A stretch of DNA of 64,000 nt. Origin: Candidatus Chisholmbacteria bacterium RIFCSPHIGHO2_01_FULL_52_32. GTDB lineage: Bacteria; Patescibacteriota; Microgenomatia; UBA1400; Chisholmbacteraceae. A model generated the notes under the pieces. That model saw only the letters and a program-made list of their open reading frames with translations. It was not told the DNA's origin and did no database searches. Position numbers and translations under genes: made by a program. Positions 57,015 through 64,000 of the stretch are shown piece after piece. Each line of letters starts with the position of its first letter. The stretch's first letter is position 1. The stretch covers positions 21,538 through 85,537 of the forward strand of contig MHCJ01000001.1 in the NCBI GenBank assembly GCA_001816585.1, read 5' to 3'.

Positions 57015-59912
57015 ATGGCAGAAAACATCAGTTTGAATAGACAGCAGAAAATTGCGATCAATCACAACCAGGGACCACTCCTGATTATTGCCGGGGCCGG
57101 TACGGGCAAAACAACGGTAATTACTGAAAGAATAAAAAGACTCATCACCAAGGGGCGTGCAAAACCGGCCGAAATTCTCGCCTTGACCTTTACCGAAAAA
57201 GCCGCCCGTGAAATGGAAGAGCGAATTGATATCGCCATGCCCTACGGGTATGTTCAGATGTGGGTCGCAACCTTCCACGCTTTTTGTGATAGGCTCTTAA
57301 GAGCTGAGGCAATCAATATTGGACTGGACTCCTCCTTCCGCCTATTAACCGAAGCGGAATCGCTGCTTTTTCTTCGTCGTCGTTTGTTCGATTTCGCCCT
57401 GGACTACTTTCGTCCCCACGGAAATCCGACGAAATTTCTTCAGGGGATACTGGAACACTTTAATAGATTGAAGGATGAAGATGTGAGCAGCCAGCAGTAC
57501 AAAACCTATGCAGAAAGCTTAGCAAAAAAAGATACTGAAGAGCGAAAGAAAACCCTTGAACTTGCCTTAGCCTACGAAACATATGAACGACTCAAAGTGA
57601 AGGAAGGGATCATGGATTTTGCGGATCTTATCTCAAATACTCTCAAACTCTTGCGCACGAGAAGGAATATTCTTGCAATGTACCAGAAACAATTTAACTA
57701 TATTCTCGTTGACGAATTCCAGGATACCAACATTGCCCAAAACGAGATAGCGATGCTGCTCGCGGGAAAGCGAGCCAACCTCACCTGCGTCTGTGATGAC
57801 GATCAGGCTATCTACAGATGGAGAGGCGCCGCCGTTTCGAACATCATCCAATTCAAAAAACGTTTTCCGAATGCGAAAATCATCTCCCTTACCCGCAACT
57901 ATCGCTCGACCCAAGAGATCCTCGACCGCTCCTATGATCTCATTCAGCACAACAATCCTGATCGTTTGGAGGTTAAAGAGAGAATCAACAAGAAATTGAT
58001 AAGCTATAAAGGAAAACGGGGCGAGAAAATACGATTTCTGTTCACTAACCGGGTTGAAGACGAAGCAGAGTCAGTAGGCAAAGAAATACAACACTTAATA
58101 AAAAGGAAAGCATACGACTGGAAAGACATTGCCATCCTTGTTCGAGCCAACAATCATGCCGAGCCGTTTATCCGGACGTTAATCCGGAAAGGAATTCCGT
58201 TCCAATTTCTCGGTCCCGGACAACTCTTCCGCCAGGAAGAAGTCAAAGATCTCATCGCCTATTTGAAGCTTTTGGCAAACTATGAAGATTCGGTGGCGAT
58301 GTATCGTATGCTCACAATGAAGATATTCGATCTGAGTCCGAGGGACTTTGCAGCTCTGAGGGTGTATGCAAAGAAGACAAACACATCGCTCTTTGAGGCC
58401 TGTGAAATCATTGCAAAAAAATCTCCAGTCGTCGAAAAACGACCATCCGTTACGATATCTCAGGAAGGGAGGACGAAGATTGACAACCTGATGACAATGA
58501 TTCACCGGCACCTTCGCCTTCTTCCGAAAGAGACCGCCGGCCAAATTCTCTATTACTTTCTGGAAGATAGCGGACTCCTAAGGGAGATTTCTGACTATAA
58601 AACACCACAGGAAGAACAGCAGGCTCAGAACCTCGCGAAGTTCTTTGATAAATTAAAGACTTTTGAAGCCGAACACGATGACGCCTCGGTGGAAGCTGTT
58701 CTTGATTGGATAACGATGAAGATGGAACTTGGAGAGTCGCCATTGGCTGCGGACACGGATTGGACAGAGGAGAATCGCGTTAATATCCTCACCGTCCATT
58801 CCGCCAAAGGGCTGGAATTCCCGGTGATATTCCTCACTAATCTCGTTTCTGAACGGTTTCCGACCCGGGAACGGAAAGAGAGAATACCGATTCCCGAAAA
58901 ATTAATAAAAGAGATCCTTCCCGAAGGAGACGCCCATGAACAGGAAGAAAGGAGACTTTTTTATGTTGGAATGACACGCGCAAAAGAGAACTTGTACATG
59001 ACTGCCGCAAAGTTCTATGCCGAAGGAAAACGACAGAAGCACATCAGCCCTTTTGTGGTAGAAGCACTGGGTATTAAAGAAGAAATCCTCAAAACACAAG
59101 GACAGCTCCTCAGTGGTGATCAACCGCTCTTCATTGATTGGAAAAAAGAAGCATCTCCGAAAGAGAGAAAATCGCCAACACAGGTAGACAGCCTTTCATT
59201 CTCGCAGATTGAGACTTTTAAGACTTGTCCGCTCCAATACCGCTATCGGTACCTCCTTCGGATTCCCGTCCCGCAATCGCATGCCCAATCTTTTGGAACC
59301 AGCATCCACGATGCCTTGGCAGACTTTTATACGCTCCACAAAGGAGGAAGTAAGCCGACTAAAAAAGATCTGCTCAAAGCCCTGAAGAAACGCTGGCAAA
59401 GCCCAGGGTATGCCGGGAGCCTTCATGAGAAAAAAGCCTATGCCAAAGCAAAAAAAATGCTTTCCGACTATTTCGACACCGCCTATGACCCAAAGGAAAA
59501 AGTTCTTACGGTCGAAGAACCATTTAAGGTCCGTATTGAACCACAGCTTTGGCTAACCGGCCGCATTGATCGCCTAAACGCGGAGGGTCAAGGAAAAGTT
59601 GAGATCATCGATTACAAAACTGGAAAAGTCCCGAGTCAGAAAGAGGTTGAAACTTCACTCCAAATGACGATTTATGCGCTTGCCGCTACGCAAGGCGCAT
59701 ACGCAATTAGACCGCAAGGAATAGAGCTGTCCTTTTTCTATCTCGATGCGAAAAAGAAGATGACCACCCACCGCTCCCAAAGCGACATTGCCAAAGCCAG
59801 CCAAACAATCGGAAAAATCAAGGAGGCGATCGAATCGTCAGATTTCAATCCAACGCCCGGAAAGTGGTGCGATTTTTGCGACTTTCGATTGCTTTGCCCA
59901 GCATGGCGATAG
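57015..59912 (+). CDS. UvrD/PcrA-type SF1 helicase with C-terminal PD-(D/E)XK nuclease
   Basis: AGAGTGKT, LTFTEKAA, VDEFQDTN, RNYRS, TVHSAKGLEF, EERRLFYVGMTRA; GRIDR...IIDYKTG; Cys motifs CPLQY and CDFCDFRLLC. Confidence 0.93.
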   Translation: MAENISLNRQQKIAINHNQGPLLIIAGAGTGKTTVITERIKRLITKGRAKPAEILALTFTEKAAREMEERIDIAMPYGYVQMWVATFHAFCDRLLRAEAINIGLDSSFRLLTEAESLLFLRRRLFDFALDYFRPHGNPTKFLQGILEHFNRLKDEDVSSQQYKTYAESLAKKDTEERKKTLELALAYETYERLKVKEGIMDFADLISNTLKLLRTRRNILAMYQKQFNYILVDEFQDTNIAQNEIAMLLAGKRANLTCVCDDDQAIYRWRGAAVSNIIQFKKRFPNAKIISLTRNYRSTQEILDRSYDLIQHNNPDRLEVKERINKKLISYKGKRGEKIRFLFTNRVEDEAESVGKEIQHLIKRKAYDWKDIAILVRANNHAEPFIRTLIRKGIPFQFLGPGQLFRQEEVKDLIAYLKLLANYEDSVAMYRMLTMKIFDLSPRDFAALRVYAKKTNTSLFEACEIIAKKSPVVEKRPSVTISQEGRTKIDNLMTMIHRHLRLLPKETAGQILYYFLEDSGLLREISDYKTPQEEQQAQNLAKFFDKLKTFEAEHDDASVEAVLDWITMKMELGESPLAADTDWTEENRVNILTVHSAKGLEFPVIFLTNLVSERFPTRERKERIPIPEKLIKEILPEGDAHEQEERRLFYVGMTRAKENLYMTAAKFYAEGKRQKHISPFVVEALGIKEEILKTQGQLLSGDQPLFIDWKKEASPKERKSPTQVDSLSFSQIETFKTCPLQYRYRYLLRIPVPQSHAQSFGTSIHDALADFYTLHKGGSKPTKKDLLKALKKRWQSPGYAGSLHEKKAYAKAKKMLSDYFDTAYDPKEKVLTVEEPFKVRIEPQLWLTGRIDRLNAEGQGKVEIIDYKTGKVPSQKEVETSLQMTIYALAATQGAYAIRPQGIELSFFYLDAKKKMTTHRSQSDIAKASQTIGKIKEAIESSDFNPTPGKWCDFCDFRLLCPAWR

Positions 59913-61444
59913 AACCAGCGCAATTCAAACAGAATCTGATTAATGTGGTCATATTCATTTGTGGAGCCGCAACCCTTATTGTTGAAGTGACCGCCATAAG
60001 ACTCCTCTCCCCCTATTTCGGAGCGACGCTCTTCAACCTCTCAAGCATAATATCGGTCATCATGATCGCCCTGGCAATCGGATATTGGCTGGGTGGGAAG
60101 TTCGCGGATCAAAAACCCTCACCCACTCTTCTGTATGGTATTGTCCTTGTCTCCGGAACTGAAGTTCTTCTGCTGAACATGTTAAGCATCTTTCTCCTTC
60201 CGATTTTGGGGGGAAAGCTGGATCTTATGGCAGGACCTCTCCTCGCCTCCCTGATGTTATTTTTTCTGCCAACGCTCTTTCTCGGGATGGTTTCGCCGAT
60301 TGCAATAAGGATCCAGACCAAGGGAATAAACACAGTTGGAGAAACAGCCGGAAGGGTTTTCTTCTTCGGCACTGCAGGGAGTGTTGTGGGGAGCCTAGGG
60401 GCTGGATTCATCTTCATCCCTCATTTTCCCGTCTCAAAGATCATCGCTGGAACCGGAATAGTGCTTGTTGCAGTCGGACTCGCAGGCATCTCAAGAAGCC
60501 TGAAGACAAAAGCGCTGCGAAAGATTGGAGTGCTGATGCTAATACTGGGAGTGCTATCGGGAACAGTGAAACCGGTAAGGACTGAGCCGGACACGCTTGT
60601 GGAAGAAGATTCGATGTATCAGCACATTAAGATTATCAAAACGCAATTTCAGGGAGGAGAAGGGCTCCTGTTGATGCTCGACAAGACCTTTGCCGGCGCA
60701 CGCTACCTTGATTCAGACGAATTGCCGTTTCCCTACACGCGTTACCACGAGCTCTACGTCCTCGCAAATAAACAAGCCAAACGGTTTCTTTATCTCGGTG
60801 GAGGCACGTACGTGATACCGAAAAAGCTGCTTGCCGAACGAAAAGACGAACTAGAAGTGGTGGCGGTCGAAATCGACCCCCGACTGCCCGAACTTGCAAG
60901 ACTGTATTTCAGTCTCACTGACGACCCCCGATTAAAACTCGTAACGGCTGACGCCAGAAAGTTCCTTTCGGGAAATCTGGGATGTTATGACATGATCTTT
61001 GTTGACGTGTTCAGTATGGATTTTGCGCTGCCCCCGCATTTGGCAACAGCAGAATTTTTCAAGATAATTGAGAAACACCTTTGTCAAAGGGGCACAATCG
61101 TGATGAATATTGCGACCTCGATTGAAAATAAAGTTCCGTCATTCGGACTCTCGATTGTAAAGACCTTCCGTCATGTGTTCCCCAATGGGGAAGTCATTGC
61201 CACAAGGCCAACTGAGCTTTCCGGTTTACAGAACATGCTGCTCTGGGGTGTGAAAGATAAAACCTGGAAATTCGATGCAGCCAACCCAGAGATTCGAAAC
61301 TCCAAAACGACAGAGATCAGAGATATTGCATGGCATCGAGTTGATCTCTCCCGATTTGATCTCGCACCCCACAAAATATTTACGGACGATTACGCTCCGG
61401 TGGAATTCTTCGCCGCGAAGATGACAAAACAATTAAGAAAATAG
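59903..61444 (+). CDS. Fused MFS-like membrane domain / spermidine synthase
   Basis: N-terminal TMs (RLLSPYFG, GYWLGGKFAD); LGGG, VEIDP, DARKF, YDMIFVDVF, FTDDYAPVE. Confidence 0.9.
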   Translation: MAIEPAQFKQNLINVVIFICGAATLIVEVTAIRLLSPYFGATLFNLSSIISVIMIALAIGYWLGGKFADQKPSPTLLYGIVLVSGTEVLLLNMLSIFLLPILGGKLDLMAGPLLASLMLFFLPTLFLGMVSPIAIRIQTKGINTVGETAGRVFFFGTAGSVVGSLGAGFIFIPHFPVSKIIAGTGIVLVAVGLAGISRSLKTKALRKIGVLMLILGVLSGTVKPVRTEPDTLVEEDSMYQHIKIIKTQFQGGEGLLLMLDKTFAGARYLDSDELPFPYTRYHELYVLANKQAKRFLYLGGGTYVIPKKLLAERKDELEVVAVEIDPRLPELARLYFSLTDDPRLKLVTADARKFLSGNLGCYDMIFVDVFSMDFALPPHLATAEFFKIIEKHLCQRGTIVMNIATSIENKVPSFGLSIVKTFRHVFPNGEVIATRPTELSGLQNMLLWGVKDKTWKFDAANPEIRNSKTTEIRDIAWHRVDLSRFDLAPHKIFTDDYAPVEFFAAKMTKQLRK

Positions 61445-62335
61445 AGGGAGAGAAAAACGGGTGAAGGAGCCGGGGTAGACAATCTCCTTTCCCCCGAACT
61501 TCTGCTTAAACTGCGAAAAACCCTTCCATCGTCGAAGACCAGGGAAGCGTTGGTCATAGACACCCTCGAGGTCAAAAGCCGTACACCCGCGCCGTTTTGC
61601 CTCAAGGATTGCTTCCCAAACAACCAAATAGCCAGCCAAACGTGGTCGCCCCAAAGGCGAGACACAAGCAAAGTAATACGAAGCGGATTTGTTATGGACA
61701 AGAATGAGGGATGCCGCGAGAAGCTGGCCTTTCCCGGTATAGGTACAAACAAAGAACGAGTCGCTCCCAAAAGCCGCGAGAAGCTTCTGAAAGTTTGATA
61801 CAGAAAAGACAAAACCTCTCCCGTAGGTTTTCCAAAATGAGTAAAATTGCGCACGCTGAGCCTCGTCTTGGGGATCAAGAACACGGAAACGGCAGGAATG
61901 AAGGGTCTTCCGAATACTCGTCCGCGCATCCTTCTTGAAGGTGCGAAACAAATCCTTCGGAGATTGTCGAAGATCAATTTGTAATGTCCGCGTGGGGAGC
62001 ATTGGAATCGAAGCCTGGCGATAGCCATGCTGCTGAAAAATTGCCGCAACTTCAGAAACAGAAAGACCGCGGATGATCCGAGGCTCAATAGCAATAAAGA
62101 CGGCCCGGTGCGCTCGACATAGTCGATCAACGGCCCGAAAATCCGGCAGAGAGGACCGCTGAATTTTCATGACTGAAAAGGGAAGGAGGGGCAACTTCTT
62201 GATGTAGACAAAGGTGGAGGGTCGCCGATGGGAATGGGGTTGACGCGGGAAAGAAAAAGGCGGGACCTTCCCGACGATCCACCCACAGGAAGCCATGTAC
62301 GACGCGTACGCGGGAGTTTGCCGAAGATCAGTCAT
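61433..62335 (-). CDS. FemABX family peptidoglycan bridge aminoacyltransferase (paralogue 2)
   Basis: DLRQT, TLQIDL, VWEAILEAKRRGC..FDLEG, GFSQFKQKFGG. Confidence 0.85.
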   Translation of the reverse strand: MTDLRQTPAYASYMASCGWIVGKVPPFSFPRQPHSHRRPSTFVYIKKLPLLPFSVMKIQRSSLPDFRAVDRLCRAHRAVFIAIEPRIIRGLSVSEVAAIFQQHGYRQASIPMLPTRTLQIDLRQSPKDLFRTFKKDARTSIRKTLHSCRFRVLDPQDEAQRAQFYSFWKTYGRGFVFSVSNFQKLLAAFGSDSFFVCTYTGKGQLLAASLILVHNKSASYYFACVSPLGRPRLAGYLVVWEAILEAKRRGCTAFDLEGVYDQRFPGLRRWKGFSQFKQKFGGKEIVYPGSFTRFSLPLFS

Positions 62336-63347
62336 GAAACCTTGCTGCAAACCGCAACCACTTCCAGCGAAGGTCGTCAGCGAAACGAAACAGGGAGTAG
62401 ACTTGCGGATTGACAACCAAATCAAAAGAACCCACGAACTCAACCAACTCCCCTCCATATCCCTCTTTGAAGCGGTGGAACCCGTACCAAGGGTCCTTCG
62501 GGTCAGGATTGGGGCCCAGCGCCCCCCACAGATCAAAGGTCCGGCACCCCTGAAGCTTCCCGAAGCGCATCGCCTCCCACATCATGAGGTTTGAGGCCAT
62601 CAGGTCGCGGTGTTCGCTCGATGAAGCACCATAAGGGTAGTAGATGACATCCTTAAAAGTAAAAACAATCCAGGCAACAAGAATCTGGTCTTTCCAAGTC
62701 GCGGTCAGAAGATGGGCAATACCCGCAGGACGGAGAATCCCCCACATCTGTCGATGATACACTTCATCATGGGTATAGAATCGTTGGCGTTTTGCCGTTT
62801 CAAACGTCAACCGAAGGTATTCTTCAAACGCCGCATCGCTGTTATCCTCAACCACCGTTACCCCGTACCGTTGGGCGACGCGGATGTTGTAGCGTGTTTT
62901 CGGCTTCATCGCCGCCAAAAGCTCCTCCTCGCTCTTAGTTAGATTAACCCTGAATGTATGAGGGGTAAAAATTGGTTTTCCCTTGCGCAGGTCGAAAGTT
63001 CGGGAAAGCTCGGCCAGCGAAGATTCCCCCTCCCCCTTCGGGATGTTGGGTTCTAACTTCACAAAAACCGCATTCTTCCTCTTGCCCAACTCAAGCAGTG
63101 CCTCAAGCATCCGTTTATCAGGGAGGGATCCCTTCGGAAAGTAGCCGATCTGAAAAGAAGTACTGGGAATCGAGTGAAACGTCAGCTGAAAAGCAGACGT
63201 AAGTCGTTGTGTTTGATAGAAGCCCAATCGAACCACCGTGGCCGCAGTACGCTCTTTAAATTCTCCCCACTCCCAACTCTGTACTGGATGGGAGACTAAA
63301 GAATGATACGTGTCTTTTTCATCAATTCTTACTTCCCGCACAACCAT
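62328..63347 (-). CDS. FemABX family peptidoglycan bridge aminoacyltransferase (paralogue 1)
   Basis: HPVQSWEWGEFK, MKPKTRYNIR, YYPYGASS, FDLWG, GFHRFKEGYGG. Confidence 0.92.
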   Translation of the reverse strand: MVVREVRIDEKDTYHSLVSHPVQSWEWGEFKERTAATVVRLGFYQTQRLTSAFQLTFHSIPSTSFQIGYFPKGSLPDKRMLEALLELGKRKNAVFVKLEPNIPKGEGESSLAELSRTFDLRKGKPIFTPHTFRVNLTKSEEELLAAMKPKTRYNIRVAQRYGVTVVEDNSDAAFEEYLRLTFETAKRQRFYTHDEVYHRQMWGILRPAGIAHLLTATWKDQILVAWIVFTFKDVIYYPYGASSSEHRDLMASNLMMWEAMRFGKLQGCRTFDLWGALGPNPDPKDPWYGFHRFKEGYGGELVEFVGSFDLVVNPQVYSLFRFADDLRWKWLRFAARFHD

Positions 63348-63390
63348 AACGATGTTTGATTTTACCTGCTTATAGATGTTGCTTAAATTT

Positions 63391-64000
63391 TTACAGTTTT
63401 TCAAAGAAAAACTTGTAATAAGGCATGAAGAAAATTGTGGTGGTATTAATTTGTTGTCTCATCGCTTTTCCTAAATGGACAATATACCCTCTTTGAGGTT
63501 TGTATTTATCAATAAAGCTTCGAAAGGAGCGAGTTAATTCTGGCTTTGCTAAATCTTTATACTTAACTTCAATCGGGATAACTTTCTTACCACTGTTAAC
63601 AACAAAATCAACTTCAGCTTTGTCTTTAGTCCTCCAAAAGAGGATTCGAGAAGCAGTGTCTGTAGTTTTTTGTTTAATGATGTTAAAAACAAAATTCTCA
63701 AAAGCTGGGCCCGCATCATGAGGGCGTGTTACTGTACCAAAAATGCCCAAAGAGTAGTTTCTCATTCCCAAGTCGTAGAAATAAAACACTGGCGACTTAG
63801 TAATTTCCTTTCGGATATTTGTAAAAAAGGGTGTCACTTTTTCCACAATAAAAGTATTCTGTAAATACCAAAGATATTTTTTAACCGTAGCCACAGATAT
63901 GCCCAAAGTTGATGAAATTTCAGCAGTATTCACTAAATTGCCTATCTGTGAGGCAACGATCCGAACTAAAGAAGTAAAATCTTCAGATTTTTGTACCCCT
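63391..64000 (-). CDS. 5'-truncated AAA+ ATPase with DUF4143 domain
   Basis: KEITKSPVFYFYDLGMRN, FENFV, FWRTKDKAEVDFVV, PIEVK; the gene runs off the window edge; AT-rich. Confidence 0.88.
   Translation of the reverse strand, partial: GVQKSEDFTSLVRIVASQIGNLVNTAEISSTLGISVATVKKYLWYLQNTFIVEKVTPFFTNIRKEITKSPVFYFYDLGMRNYSLGIFGTVTRPHDAGPAFENFVFNIIKQKTTDTASRILFWRTKDKAEVDFVVNSGKKVIPIEVKYKDLAKPELTRSFRSFIDKYKPQRGYIVHLGKAMRQQINTTTIFFMPYYKFFFEKL

Overview
This 64-kb window looks like chromosomal DNA from a small-genome bacterium, most likely Patescibacteria/CPR of the Microgenomates type. That placement is inferred from gene content: a chromosomal PrgI/VirB4/VirB6-like cluster, an epimerase-DUF4012 fusion, short ValS/PGK/YidC proteins, FemAB paralogues and many leaderless genes; the genetic code is standard code 11. 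The window spans the probable replication origin (dnaN-oriC-dnaA <> rpmH-rnpA-yidD-yidC-jag), with DnaA boxes, DnaA-trios and a visible C-rich to G/A-rich strand switch. Left of the origin is a type IV secretion-like cluster, interrupted by two four-helix-bundle (IVP/Avd-like) genes, a 1210-aa orphan and a small HTH gene. Right of it are housekeeping and envelope genes (rnhA, rplY, valS, groES/EL, pyrH, pgk, gap, tRNA-Cys, glycosyltransferases, metG, rmuC, UvrD-nuclease, FemAB). The most striking unexplained signal is a family of short-period repeat tracts. Each four-helix-bundle gene is bracketed by inverted arms of its own repeat unit (7-mer for one, 8-mer for the other). Five-unit copies of the 7-mer arm sit alone just before the start codons of four other genes, and a gene-less copy of the 8-mer arm pair lies in a glycosyltransferase operon. 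This suggests an undescribed repeat/pentameric-protein regulatory or mobile-cassette system. All product calls come from motif recognition, not database searches.
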